A stretch of 62,025 bases of DNA, counting the filler. It is 5 parts of 5 records of this genome, joined end to end, with 100 filler letters (N's around TTAATTAATTAA, not from the genome) between each part and the next. Parts side by side here need not be neighbours in the genome. Positions count along the whole stretch, not along the records: positions 31,228 to 49,071 come from SRR31156797_2070; 4 more parts are not named here. The stretch is one strand, 5' to 3'. Of this stretch, positions 31,278 through 41,705 are shown piece after piece. A program made the translations under genes and the position numbers. Each line of letters begins with the position of its first letter. The stretch's first letter is position 1. The notes below the pieces were generated by a model. The model worked only from the letters and a program-made list of their open reading frames with translations, ran no database searches and was not told the DNA's origin.

Positions 31278-31285
31278 TACATTTG
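31278..31285 (+). promoter_or_regulatory. Bacteroidota -7 promoter box for the HerA-NurA-MTase-Liv operon
   Basis: TACATTTG matches TAnnTTTG, 20 nt before ATG 31306. Confidence 0.55.
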
Positions 31286-31305
31286 ATATTTAAATATTTT
31301 TCATT

Positions 31306-33417
31306 ATGGGAATTGAACAAGGACTTAATTCACGTTTAGACAAAGACAGAAAGGTTGAAACCCAACAATGGTTTAAAAAACTGATTCAACCTGACGAATA
31401 TGTTGGCGACCTGTATTCAATTAATTACGAAACTGCAAGAGTTATTATTCATGACTTCTACCGTGAAAAAGTTGGAGGGATTCCCAGTTTAAGTTTTTTA
31501 ATTGCTTCGAGGGTTGACCCAAATTCAGATGATATTGATTACAAAGAGGAAGACTCTTCTTTTATTTTACTACGAGTTATGGATTCTGCCTCATTACCCC
31601 AAGATAAAGAAGCGGAAAGAATTAGAGTTGAAACTGCACAAAGAATAAGTGGCGAAACAGAAAAACATTGGGACGATTCCGGCACAATGGATTTAAGAAC
31701 AAAAAACTTACTTGGATTTGCTGGTGTTCAATGCCGTATTATTGGGACTTTTTACCTGGAAGAGAATACAGGTAACGGTGAAGCTCCGCTTAATTTGAAA
31801 TTTGGAAGCGATATTTCAAATTATTATCCAAATCGTGGATTAAAGGTTTTCAAACCAAACGGAGCAGCACTTGAATCAATAGTAAATTACTGTGACCCTG
31901 CAAATATCCAAATAAATAATGAAAACTATAACAATACCGAAAGAGTTAAGCTCGGATTTATACGGTATGCTTCAACAAACAGAAAACACCAAAATATTGA
32001 TGATGTACCTGTTTACATATATCCGGCAGATTTATTATCACAAAAATCTGCATTATTTGGGATGACAAGGACAGGTAAATCTAATACTACAAAGATTATC
32101 GCAAAATCAGTCTTTGAATTAAGAAAAACGGAAAAACCAGAAGATAAACCTTTGAGAATTGGGCAAATCATTTTTGACCCAAATGGAGAATATGCTAATG
32201 AAAATCCACAAGACGTTGATGGAAGCAATAACCCAAATGCTTTGAAAAATGTTTGGAAGGTTCTGCCTGATACAAATAAGGAAGATGAAGTGATTACATA
32301 TGGCATTACCCCCCATCCAAATGACCCCGACAGAAATTTAATGCTTCTGAATTTCTATACAAATGAAAATTTGCAAATGGGAAAGTCCATTATTGATGGA
32401 ATTTTGAGTGAAGACCCAGCAACATACATCAAAAATTTCCTTCAAGTAGATTTTGAAGAACCAGACCAAAATGACCGAAGCGCAGTTACAAGATACAATA
32501 GGCGCATTTTGGCTTATAGGGCAATCTTGAGCCGAGCCGGATTTACTCCCCCTTCCAATATTACACCAAACACAAATAGACTGTTTAACAGAGAACTTAT
32601 TCAAGCATTAGAAAATTACGAAGGTGATAACGAAGCAGAATATCAATCAGCAGCAAGAATCTTTTCCACTCAAAGACCTAATTGGGGACAGTTAGCAAAT
32701 GCCTTTGAATCATTGGAGAAATTCATGCGCGAAAGGAATTCGGGATATTCTGATTTTGAATCAAATTATGTTAGCAGACCCAATGGTTCAGGTGAGAGGT
32801 GGGCTGATGAAAACTTTAAAAAGATTCTTGGTTTGTTTCAATATCCGAATGGAATTAGAAAAATTGGTAAAGCAGCCGAACAACATAGTCCTGATACAAG
32901 CAGGGATTATGCAGATGATATATACGAAAACCTTACACAAGGGAAACTAGTCATCATTGACCAATCAAGCGGTGAGCCTGAATTGAATAAATCGTCTGCA
33001 GAAAGAATAATGTGGCACATTTTCCGGGCAAATCAAAACCTATTCAGAAGTGGAGAGACGCCAACGGAGATATTAGTTTATGTAGAAGAAGCTCATAATA
33101 TTTTACCTGCGGGAAGCGACTTAGATTTATCGGATGTTTGGGTACGCACGGCCAAAGAAGGCTCAAAGTATCGGATTGGGATGGTGTATGCAACGCAGGA
33201 AGTCAGTAGTATTCAAAGAAATATTTTAAAAAATACTGCAAACTGGTTTATCAGCCATTTGAATAACACCGATGAAACAAAGGAGTTATGCAAATATTAT
33301 GATTTCCAAGATTTCGAGCCATCAATCAGGAGGGCACAGGATAAAGGCTTTTTGAGAGTAAAAACCTTAAGTAATTTATTTGTAATCCCTGTTCAGGTTG
33401 ACAGGTTCAGCGTTTAA
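31306..33417 (+). CDS. HerA/FtsK-superfamily ATPase (DUF87), HerA-like
   Basis: N-terminal barrel-like region; Walker A GMTRTGKS; IFDPNGEY; Walker B YVEEAH; AKEGSKY..YATQ; QDKGF. Confidence 0.88.
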   Translation: MGIEQGLNSRLDKDRKVETQQWFKKLIQPDEYVGDLYSINYETARVIIHDFYREKVGGIPSLSFLIASRVDPNSDDIDYKEEDSSFILLRVMDSASLPQDKEAERIRVETAQRISGETEKHWDDSGTMDLRTKNLLGFAGVQCRIIGTFYLEENTGNGEAPLNLKFGSDISNYYPNRGLKVFKPNGAALESIVNYCDPANIQINNENYNNTERVKLGFIRYASTNRKHQNIDDVPVYIYPADLLSQKSALFGMTRTGKSNTTKIIAKSVFELRKTEKPEDKPLRIGQIIFDPNGEYANENPQDVDGSNNPNALKNVWKVLPDTNKEDEVITYGITPHPNDPDRNLMLLNFYTNENLQMGKSIIDGILSEDPATYIKNFLQVDFEEPDQNDRSAVTRYNRRILAYRAILSRAGFTPPSNITPNTNRLFNRELIQALENYEGDNEAEYQSAARIFSTQRPNWGQLANAFESLEKFMRERNSGYSDFESNYVSRPNGSGERWADENFKKILGLFQYPNGIRKIGKAAEQHSPDTSRDYADDIYENLTQGKLVIIDQSSGEPELNKSSAERIMWHIFRANQNLFRSGETPTEILVYVEEAHNILPAGSDLDLSDVWVRTAKEGSKYRIGMVYATQEVSSIQRNILKNTANWFISHLNNTDETKELCKYYDFQDFEPSIRRAQDKGFLRVKTLSNLFVIPVQVDRFSV

Positions 33418-33428
33418 AATCATTTTTT

Positions 33429-34796
33429 ATGGGATTTGAAGGAGAATTTGCAAGTTATGAACCATTAAGGCGTTTGCTGGATAGTGATAAAGTTAAAGCA
33501 CTTGAAAGTCGTCTTAGAATAAGGAAACAAGATGAATCAGATGAACAAGATTTTGAATCATCAATAACACATAAAAAAGACTTAAAAGAAAGTCCTATTA
33601 AGCCAGACCTAGTTCTTGCAATTGATGGAAGTAATATTGCAGCCAAAGCTGAAAATGGATTCCCAGGAGCTGAATTTGGCTATATCACAATAGCATCAGT
33701 TCTCATTGACTTAAAACTAATTAAAGAGCTTGAGAAAGTAGATTTTATAGAGCCTAAAAAATTCCGCGAAACGGAAAAAGCATCGACAATTGATAGCGTA
33801 TTCCCCGGTTGCAATGTAATTATCGACACTGAAAAAGATGCTAAGGCATCACTAAGGAGGGCATTGTTCGAGGAACTAAAAAGCAACACTGTTTTCTCAG
33901 AAGGAGAAACTTTACTTGAAACTTATGAGCATCTTTTAAGGATAAAGAGAGAACACTTTTCAGATAGCCGCCCACCAAGAAGTCCGATTGAGGGTTTTGA
34001 AGGAGATATGGTTTATGGATATGGAGAGTATAAATGCCCAAAAACTGGTGAACCACTATATTCAACTGACGCTTTACGACTCCATGAATTGATGAACCCA
34101 AGCGGAAGTAATGGTGAATTGTTCGGACAAATAATGGCTACCATTGAGAAATTATGGCTTGTTCACATTTTAAGGGCATTTGAATATAAAGGCTGGTTAC
34201 CTACCCTACGTAGGGTTGCTTTTATAATGGATGGTCCACTTGCCGTTTTTAGCACTTCATCATGGCTGACTAAAGCAATAAACTATGAAATTACGAGAAT
34301 TAATGAAATTCAAAAAAAGGTCAATGGACAGGATTTATTAATTATCGGAATTGAAAAATCCGGCACATTTTACAACCATTTCATTGACATTGACACAACT
34401 AAGGACGGGATAACAGATAAGTTCCCAAAACAATCTGCTTTACTTCTGAATGATAGCTATATTAAAAGAAATATCATCTTTTCGGAAAGCACAAAACCGT
34501 ATGGTCAGGATACTTATTTTGGTAGAAAATTTTTCTATAAAACTTCTACTGGACAGAAAATTGTACCTGTAGTTGCCTATTTCAATAAACATCAGCTAAA
34601 TATGGATACCGCAAAACCGGAACAGTTTTCCAGATTAGCAGATGTGATGCATCTGCTTGACAAGTTAGTTTCAAGTAGATATCCAAATTCTGTTTCTCCA
34701 CTTGTTTCTGCTCATGCTGAAGCAGCAATTCCATTAAATTTGGGGAAAAGAATTTTTGAAGATATTGCCAGAGAAATACGAGATAAATCTGAATGA
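33429..34796 (+). CDS. NurA-like nuclease
   Basis: LAIDGS, FIMDGPL, IGIEKSG and C-terminal PLVSAH..A match the NurA motif order; directly downstream of HerA. Confidence 0.8.
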   Translation: MGFEGEFASYEPLRRLLDSDKVKALESRLRIRKQDESDEQDFESSITHKKDLKESPIKPDLVLAIDGSNIAAKAENGFPGAEFGYITIASVLIDLKLIKELEKVDFIEPKKFRETEKASTIDSVFPGCNVIIDTEKDAKASLRRALFEELKSNTVFSEGETLLETYEHLLRIKREHFSDSRPPRSPIEGFEGDMVYGYGEYKCPKTGEPLYSTDALRLHELMNPSGSNGELFGQIMATIEKLWLVHILRAFEYKGWLPTLRRVAFIMDGPLAVFSTSSWLTKAINYEITRINEIQKKVNGQDLLIIGIEKSGTFYNHFIDIDTTKDGITDKFPKQSALLLNDSYIKRNIIFSESTKPYGQDTYFGRKFFYKTSTGQKIVPVVAYFNKHQLNMDTAKPEQFSRLADVMHLLDKLVSSRYPNSVSPLVSAHAEAAIPLNLGKRIFEDIAREIRDKSE

Positions 34797-35917
34797 TAGC
34801 GATAGAAAAAATATTAAAAGGTTTTTCAACAGCCGAATCCCGCTGGGCAAGGTTCGGCCCCTATTATGCTATGTTCCCTTTAGACTTTGCTTTTGAAATT
34901 GTAAACAAATATTCAAAGGAAGGAGACTATATCATCGACCCCTTTGCAGGAAGGTGCAGCAGTATTTATGCAGGAGGTGTGTTAGGTAGAAATAGTTTAG
35001 GGATTGAGATTAACCCTGTTGGATGGTTATTTGGTACTGTAAAATTACAACCTGCTGAAAAAAGCGAAGTAATTGACCGTTTGCTTGAGATTTATTTAAA
35101 AAGAGAAGATTACAGTGGTGTAATAAAAGCAATGCCCGAGTTTTATCACATTTGTTACAGTGATGAAGTACTAAAATTTTTATTGGCAATACGGGATTTA
35201 TTGGATTGGCAGAAAAGTAATGTTGATGCAACTTTAATGTCCATTGTACTGGTTTATCTTCATGGAAAACTTGGTGAGGGTTTTTCCAATCAAATGCGTA
35301 TGACCAAATCAATGGGGATGAATTATTCGGTTGAATGGTGGAAGAAAAATGGCTTTACAAAACCACCTCAACTTAATCCTTATGAATTTATGTTGAAAAA
35401 GATTGAATGGCGCTATGCAAAAGGGAAACCGGAAGTAACAGAAAGCGCTGTTGTTTTTGGAGATAGCTCCACTGAGTTAGAAAAAATTGCAGAACGGGCT
35501 ATTCAAAATGACATAAAGTTCTCATTACTTTTTACTTCACCGCCTTATTATTCTATAACAGATTATCATGCTGACCAATGGTTACGATTATGGTTATTGG
35601 GAGGTCCTGAAAACCCACAAACATTAAAGGACAAACACAAAGGCCGTTTTATAAACAAACAAGAATACTATGAATTGCTGGATAGTGTTTTCGGACATAG
35701 TGCTAAACTAATGAAAACCCATAGCACAGTTTACGTAAGAACAGACAAACGTGAATTTACCTTTAATTCGACTGTAGAAATACTCAAAAAATATTTTCCT
35801 AATCATTCAATGCAAATTATTGAGAAACCATTAAAAAGCGATACAAAAACGCAAACAAAATTATTTGGGGATAAATCAATGAAACCCGGTGAAGTAGATT
35901 TAATCTTAACGAATTAA
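34793..35917 (+). CDS. DNA amino-methyltransferase (probably N4-cytosine)
   Basis: PYYAMFP, SAM-binding DPFAG, GIEINP, catalytic TSPPY; ATGA overlap with the NurA stop. Confidence 0.85.
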   Translation: MIAIEKILKGFSTAESRWARFGPYYAMFPLDFAFEIVNKYSKEGDYIIDPFAGRCSSIYAGGVLGRNSLGIEINPVGWLFGTVKLQPAEKSEVIDRLLEIYLKREDYSGVIKAMPEFYHICYSDEVLKFLLAIRDLLDWQKSNVDATLMSIVLVYLHGKLGEGFSNQMRMTKSMGMNYSVEWWKKNGFTKPPQLNPYEFMLKKIEWRYAKGKPEVTESAVVFGDSSTELEKIAERAIQNDIKFSLLFTSPPYYSITDYHADQWLRLWLLGGPENPQTLKDKHKGRFINKQEYYELLDSVFGHSAKLMKTHSTVYVRTDKREFTFNSTVEILKKYFPNHSMQIIEKPLKSDTKTQTKLFGDKSMKPGEVDLILTN

Positions 35918-35921
35918 ACTT

Positions 35922-36668
35922 ATGCTTGAAATAATAAACATACACAAATCATTTGGAGAACAGATAGTTCTTCAAGGAATTGATATGTCTTTTGAGCAAG
36001 GAAAAATTCATACAATTGTTGGAGGTAATGGAAGCGGAAAAACAACGCTATTTAATTTAATCACGGGTTTTTTGCGCCCAGACCAAGGTGAAATAAAATT
36101 AGAAGGGAAAAGGATAGAAAAGTATTCACCAGTCAGCATCAATAAAAAAGGAATTACCCGCACATTTCAGGATTTAAGGATAATCACCGAGGTTTCAGTC
36201 AAAGAAAATATTCTTTTAGCATTTAAAAACAATCCGGGAGAAAAAATCCTGAATTCCATTTTACCATCAAGGTTATTCAAAGACCAATATCAGAGGACTT
36301 CAAGGCAAGCAGAACAAATAATTGAGAAAGTTTCTCTGAAACCTGTGATAAACAGTTTGGCTGGTGAAATATCGTATGGTCAACAAAAGCTCTTAACTAT
36401 TGGATGCTGCCTTGCCAATAATGCTGATATATTACTCCTTGATGAACCTGTAGCGGGTATTGACAAGAATAATTATCAAAAAATATTTGAATTACTGGAA
36501 AAACTCAGGGAAGAAGGAAAAACAATTATCCAGATAGAACACAATCATGGCTTTGTTGAGAGTCTTGGTGATGATATCTGGTTTCTTCATGCCGGTAAAT
36601 CTTATTATTTTAGCGATTATCAATCGTTTATCAATGATAAAATTGTAAAAGAAACATACCTGAATTGA
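35922..36668 (+). CDS. Liv-type ABC transporter ATP-binding subunit (LivG-like)
   Basis: GGNGSGKTTLFNLITG, RTFQ, ISYGQQK, LLDEPVAG, IEH. Confidence 0.9.
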   Translation: MLEIINIHKSFGEQIVLQGIDMSFEQGKIHTIVGGNGSGKTTLFNLITGFLRPDQGEIKLEGKRIEKYSPVSINKKGITRTFQDLRIITEVSVKENILLAFKNNPGEKILNSILPSRLFKDQYQRTSRQAEQIIEKVSLKPVINSLAGEISYGQQKLLTIGCCLANNADILLLDEPVAGIDKNNYQKIFELLEKLREEGKTIIQIEHNHGFVESLGDDIWFLHAGKSYYFSDYQSFINDKIVKETYLN

Positions 36669-37315
36669 TGTTAGAAGTCAAACACATATCATCCGGTTAT
36701 GGAAAGAAGCAAGTGCTTTTTGATGTTTCGCTTACTGTGGAAAAAGGGGATGTTGTTTTGCTTACTGGTGGGAATGGTTCAGGAAAATCAACTTTATTGA
36801 AAAGTATTTATAATCTTCTACCTTGCTGGAATGGCGAAATCATTTTTGAAGAAAAAAAACTAAATGGTTTAAAACCATCAGATTTGATTCAAATAGGAAT
36901 TGTTTACATTCCACAAAAAGACTTTTATTTTGAAAATCTTTCCGTTGATGAAAATTTAAAAATTTCAGGTAATGTACTCAATAAAGATATCATAAAACAA
37001 AGAATTGAAGAGGTTTATGAATTAACAGGATTGGGAAAATTCAAGAAACGTAAGCCATTCAATTTAAGTGGTGGCGAAAGAAAAATTCTTGCATTTGGCA
37101 TGGGATTAATGCACAAACCACAACTCCTTTTATTTGATGAACCGTTTGCTGGTGTTGACGCCAAAAACTCTGAGATACTTAACCGTCTATTCAAGGAAAC
37201 AGTTATTAAACCAGAAAATATGATAATTCTTGTTGAGCATAAAGATGATGCGAAACAATTATATAATCGGAAAATTAAAATGGAATTAGGAACCCTAAAA
37301 AATTCAATAATATGA
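36668..37315 (+). CDS. Liv-type ABC transporter ATP-binding subunit (LivF-like)
   Basis: SGYGKKQVL, GGNGSGKST, LSGGERK, FDEPFAG, VEH. ATG at 36668 (TTG at 36665). Confidence 0.9.
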   Translation: MLEVKHISSGYGKKQVLFDVSLTVEKGDVVLLTGGNGSGKSTLLKSIYNLLPCWNGEIIFEEKKLNGLKPSDLIQIGIVYIPQKDFYFENLSVDENLKISGNVLNKDIIKQRIEEVYELTGLGKFKKRKPFNLSGGERKILAFGMGLMHKPQLLLFDEPFAGVDAKNSEILNRLFKETVIKPENMIILVEHKDDAKQLYNRKIKMELGTLKNSII

Positions 37316-38406
37316 GAAAGTTTGTTGTAATCTTTATTTCATTGTTATTCTTTTTTGGTTGCGTTAACCAACAAAAGAAAAAAAACCAATTTAAAATTGG
37401 CGTAATATCACCCTTAACTGGTGAGGTAGCCAGTTGGGGACAAATTCAAAAAAATGCAACGGATTTAGCAGTTGGTAAAATCAATTCTTCTGGTGGTATT
37501 AATGGAAAAAAAGTAACAGTAATATATGAGGATAGTAAAGCCTCACCTAAAGAAGGAGTGGCAGCTTTCCGAAAGTTATATGAGTTGGATTCATGTGATA
37601 TAGTGATTGGTGTTCCAGCTAGCAATGTTACCTTGGCAATTGCTCCTGTGGCTAATAAGATGGAGAGAGTTTTATTAACTTCCGGTTCAACCGCAACAGA
37701 GGTAGGTAATGCTGGGCCTTATGTGTTTCGAATTATGCCATCTGATGAGGAACAATCCAAAGTTATGAGTGAATGGGCTCAAGAACTTGGTTACAAAAAA
37801 ATAGCTGTGATTTACGTACAAAATTCATGGGGAAAAGGATTAGCTGATAAGTTTATTGAAGACTTTAAAGAAAAGGTTGGTGAAATAGTTGCTAGTATCG
37901 GAACAAAACAGGAAGCTACAGACTTTAAGACGCAACTGTTGAAAATAAAAGGTACAAATGCCGAGGCGATATATGCTCCTTTGTATACCAGAAATGCAGG
38001 ATTAATGATACGACAAGCAAGAGAAATTGGCATTGACTTACAAATTTTGGGCGCTGATGTTTATAACACACCTGACTTGATTGAAGCAGGAGGCAAAGCG
38101 GTAAATGGAGTTTTATATACTCAGTTCAACCAAGGAGAAGGTAAATTATATGAAAGTTTTGCAGAAGAGTATGAAAAGGCATTTGGTAATGCACCGGAAA
38201 CATATGCAGGTTATTGCTATGATGCAGTGATGATTGCTGCAGAAGCTTTAAAAAAAGACAAAATGAGTACACGAGAAGCTCTATTGAATATAGTTAATTA
38301 TAAGGGAATTACCGGGATATCAAATTTTGATGGAAAAACGAATGCAACTGGTAAAACCTTTGAAAAGTGGACAGTAGAAAAAGGCAAACATGTAAAATAT
38401 GAATAG
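37312..38406 (+). CDS. LivJ/K-type substrate-binding lipoprotein
   Basis: Lipobox FFGC; KIGVISPLTG, GGINGKKV..ED, YVFRIMPSD, DFKTQL, YDAV. Confidence 0.9.
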   Translation: MRKFVVIFISLLFFFGCVNQQKKKNQFKIGVISPLTGEVASWGQIQKNATDLAVGKINSSGGINGKKVTVIYEDSKASPKEGVAAFRKLYELDSCDIVIGVPASNVTLAIAPVANKMERVLLTSGSTATEVGNAGPYVFRIMPSDEEQSKVMSEWAQELGYKKIAVIYVQNSWGKGLADKFIEDFKEKVGEIVASIGTKQEATDFKTQLLKIKGTNAEAIYAPLYTRNAGLMIRQAREIGIDLQILGADVYNTPDLIEAGGKAVNGVLYTQFNQGEGKLYESFAEEYEKAFGNAPETYAGYCYDAVMIAAEALKKDKMSTREALLNIVNYKGITGISNFDGKTNATGKTFEKWTVEKGKHVKYE

Positions 38407-39682
38407 GAATTATAAAGCCATAATATCATTAATTCTCAGTTTTTTGGCAGTGTTTTGGTACTTTAATGTTGGTGCAGAACCTACTATAATAGATTTTGAA
38501 AAAATCGAAATCAAAATTTCATTAGTAATTGCTATTTTGTCTTTTTTGATTGCTTTACACTTTTTCTCTATTAAAGTAGTTGGATTTCGGGACTTTGAAG
38601 TATTTGAAAAAATTAGATATTTGATTACACTCAACTTTTACAATAAGAAAAACAAATATAAATCTAGGGTTTATACTCAAAGGGCTGTATGTCCTGAAAT
38701 TGAATTCAAATTCAAAGAAAAAAGAAAAATAGATAATAACACCATTTTTTTATTTAGAAGTAATGAGGAAATTCTAAAGAATGATACTTATAGCTTCATA
38801 GATTTAGAGAAAAGAGATTATCAAAAATATACAAAATTGTTAAAACGTAAAAGCAGGTATAAAGTAATTACATATAAAGATATACATATTTGGACACTCA
38901 GTTTTTATGATGACTTACTATATTATATTAACGATTTTAAGAAGTTTAAACATGAACCCTGTTTGTTAAATCGTTTATTCGTTTTAGACGACAATATATC
39001 TAATACCGATTTTACGAATTTTGTCAAGTTATTAAGAGATAATACAAAATTAGATTTAAAGCAAATATTAAATAATATATTAAAAAAGGATAAAAATGGA
39101 AGAAAGGCTTTAGATTTCAACGGTTTAGTCAACAGAGTTATTGAACCATCTAAAGTAAAACAGGAATATAAGATTAAATTACTCTTTTTATATTTTGCAC
39201 TATTTGTTCAAAATCGCTTAGGAATAAATTGTTATGTAATTTCAAAAGAAAAATTTGAAAAACAGACTGCTATAAGTTCAATGAATGATTTTTGGGAGTT
39301 TTCGGGCCTTGGAGTATTTGATGACCACATGACAGCTCTTGTTTATAAAGGACCTTCGAGGATTTATAATGAAAATACAGAAAAAATCAAAAACGATGAA
39401 TTAATCATAAAATATAAATTTCAGTTTAAAAACAATCAGGACATAAATGATTTATTTGACGATAATAGTTTTGATGAAAAAAACATTAAAGCACACAGTG
39501 GTCTAAATTCTGAAAACCAAGACTTACTTATAAAAATGAGTAAAGATGAAGCTTTTCTTAGAATAGTTGAGTTTTATGCTGAATTAATAAACTATCTATC
39601 ATTAAACAAATTGATTAGAAAATTTAAGTTTAAGAAAAAGAAGAATTTGAAAACTTTAATAGAAAATATTAATCATGGTTGA
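38399..39682 (+). CDS. hypothetical protein with two N-terminal TM segments
   Basis: 427-aa ORF overlapping both neighbours; two hydrophobic helices then a Lys/Asn-rich soluble region; visibly very AT-rich. Confidence 0.75.
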   Translation: MNRNYKAIISLILSFLAVFWYFNVGAEPTIIDFEKIEIKISLVIAILSFLIALHFFSIKVVGFRDFEVFEKIRYLITLNFYNKKNKYKSRVYTQRAVCPEIEFKFKEKRKIDNNTIFLFRSNEEILKNDTYSFIDLEKRDYQKYTKLLKRKSRYKVITYKDIHIWTLSFYDDLLYYINDFKKFKHEPCLLNRLFVLDDNISNTDFTNFVKLLRDNTKLDLKQILNNILKKDKNGRKALDFNGLVNRVIEPSKVKQEYKIKLLFLYFALFVQNRLGINCYVISKEKFEKQTAISSMNDFWEFSGLGVFDDHMTALVYKGPSRIYNENTEKIKNDELIIKYKFQFKNNQDINDLFDDNSFDEKNIKAHSGLNSENQDLLIKMSKDEAFLRIVEFYAELINYLSLNKLIRKFKFKKKKNLKTLIENINHG

Positions 39683-41705
39683 TATATATTTCCCACCCCA
39701 CTTTTCATATTATCAACCATACATTGCTTTGCCTTCACTCAAAGCTTTTTTGGAGGGCAATAATATTCACTGCAATATTCATGATTTAAACATTCGTTCA
39801 TTTCACTACTTAATTAATCCCAATTATATAAAAAAATGCTTCAAAAAAATAGAAGAACAAATTTCAGCTTTTGAATCAAAATCAGAATTAGATGAAAAGG
39901 AATTTAGTTATTATGAACAATTAATTCAAGGCCGATTAGCCTATCCGTTAGTGGCTGAATTTATTGAAAAGGCAATCACTTTTTTTCAGGATGAAGAGCA
40001 AATTTTAGATTTTAAAAAATACCAATTATTTGAACGGGTTGTTGACAATGCGTTTAAAATTATTTCAACAGCGTTTTACCCTACATTAATTTCACTCTCT
40101 GATTTTTCTATGGAGTATAGCTTTGAATCATCCATTGAAATTGAAGCAGCTATTGCAGATGAGGAAGAAAATCCATTTATCGGTTATTTTCAAAACTATT
40201 TAAAAGAAAATGAGCTTAAGCAAGATGATAAATTATTGGGAATATCAATTACTGCCACAAGTCAAATGATACCTGCGTTTACGTTGGCAAAAATATTACG
40301 TAAAAAATATCCCGAAAAAAAGATTGTATTGGGCGGAGTAATTTCAAATCATCTTGCAGTAAAATTTACAAGAAGCCAATCTCTTAATAAATACTTTGAT
40401 TTTTTAATAAGCGGTGAGGGTGAAACAGCTCTTTTAGGATTAACAAAACACTTAGAAAATGGATTTGAGATTGAACAAATTCCAAATTTGTACTATAAAT
40501 CAAACGGGCAATGGCGTTCAAACAATAAATTAATCGTTGAACAGGTTGAAAAAATCCCTACTCCTAATTACGATGGTTTTCCTCTTGATGCATACTTAGC
40601 TCCAAAACCGATTCTATCCATTGAACCTGGCAGAGGCTGTTATTATCGAAAATGTACTTTTTGCAACCAACATTCAATTCATAAAGGACATTTTAACATA
40701 AAGAAGGTTGATTCAATATTCAATCAAATTAGAGTTTTAAAGAAAAAATACAATAGTAATTATTTTAACCTATCCAATGAAGGTATTCCAATTCTTCATT
40801 TAAAAAAACTTGCTCTCAAATTAATTGAGGAAAAAACAGATATTTACTGGTATGCTGGGGCACGGTTATCAGATAAACTGGATGTAGAGACATGCCAGAC
40901 ACTATACAAATCAGGATGCCGTAAACTTTTATTTGGTTTAGAATCCGGTAATCAAAGAATACTGGATTTAATGAAAAAAGATGTTAATCTTGATAAAGTA
41001 CCGTACATATTTAATAATTGTAAAAAAGCAGGTATTGATATTGTTACTTATTTAATGATAGGCTTCCCGACAGAAAAAGAACATGAAATAAATGACACCA
41101 CACAATTCATAATTAAAAACTTGCCCAATATTCTTCCTGAGGGTTTCGTTTTCTATATCAGTGTGTTTCAAGCCATGATTGATTCTCCAATATTGGAATT
41201 ATTGCCTGAATACGGTTACGAGCTAATAGAAAAGGATGGCTATGACTTAATTTATATTTATACCCATAAAAAAACAAAAGATGATTCCAAGTATACAAGA
41301 GTTTTTTATGAGGATAAAATCAAGGAAATGAATTCCTTAATTTATGAAAAGTTACCACCTCAGTCTTTACCTCTGAATATTTCCCATTATATGGCTTATA
41401 AGGCGCATAAACACAGTGTTAAAGCAGATGATAAAAATAATGTTGATTTAGAAAGTACTAGAATAAAAACAAGCCAATGGATATCATTTGGAGATGCAAA
41501 ATTTATTTGCTCAAATGGCGATAAATTAGTTTATTCATTATTGACTAATAAAAGCTATCTTATAAACGCTGACGGCAAGGAAATTCTTGATTATCTTCAA
41601 CGTCCATGCGATATTAAAGAAATAAAAAAAGAATTTAATGAGGTAGTGTCAATTGATGATTATCTTAAATTTGTAATTAATAACAAAATATGTATTCAAG
41701 TATGA
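39675..41705 (+). CDS. cobalamin-binding radical SAM enzyme with C-terminal RRE/PqqD-like domain
   Basis: PYIALPSL, GISIT..Q..IVLGG, GEGE (B12-binding domain); RGCYYRKCTFC cluster motif; GLESG, YLMIGFPTE; tail LVYSLLTNKSYLINADGKEILDYL..IKEI..L.FVINNKI. Confidence 0.88.
   Translation: MVDIYFPPHFSYYQPYIALPSLKAFLEGNNIHCNIHDLNIRSFHYLINPNYIKKCFKKIEEQISAFESKSELDEKEFSYYEQLIQGRLAYPLVAEFIEKAITFFQDEEQILDFKKYQLFERVVDNAFKIISTAFYPTLISLSDFSMEYSFESSIEIEAAIADEEENPFIGYFQNYLKENELKQDDKLLGISITATSQMIPAFTLAKILRKKYPEKKIVLGGVISNHLAVKFTRSQSLNKYFDFLISGEGETALLGLTKHLENGFEIEQIPNLYYKSNGQWRSNNKLIVEQVEKIPTPNYDGFPLDAYLAPKPILSIEPGRGCYYRKCTFCNQHSIHKGHFNIKKVDSIFNQIRVLKKKYNSNYFNLSNEGIPILHLKKLALKLIEEKTDIYWYAGARLSDKLDVETCQTLYKSGCRKLLFGLESGNQRILDLMKKDVNLDKVPYIFNNCKKAGIDIVTYLMIGFPTEKEHEINDTTQFIIKNLPNILPEGFVFYISVFQAMIDSPILELLPEYGYELIEKDGYDLIYIYTHKKTKDDSKYTRVFYEDKIKEMNSLIYEKLPPQSLPLNISHYMAYKAHKHSVKADDKNNVDLESTRIKTSQWISFGDAKFICSNGDKLVYSLLTNKSYLINADGKEILDYLQRPCDIKEIKKEFNEVVSIDDYLKFVINNKICIQV

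Noticed and set aside
31306-35917. Assignment to a named system (Sir2-HerA, DUF4297-HerA, BREX, DISARM, classical type II R-M)
   Set aside because: The signature partners (Sir2, PglZ, DrmAB, a recognisable restriction endonuclease) are not visible, although genes upstream of the contig edge are unknown.
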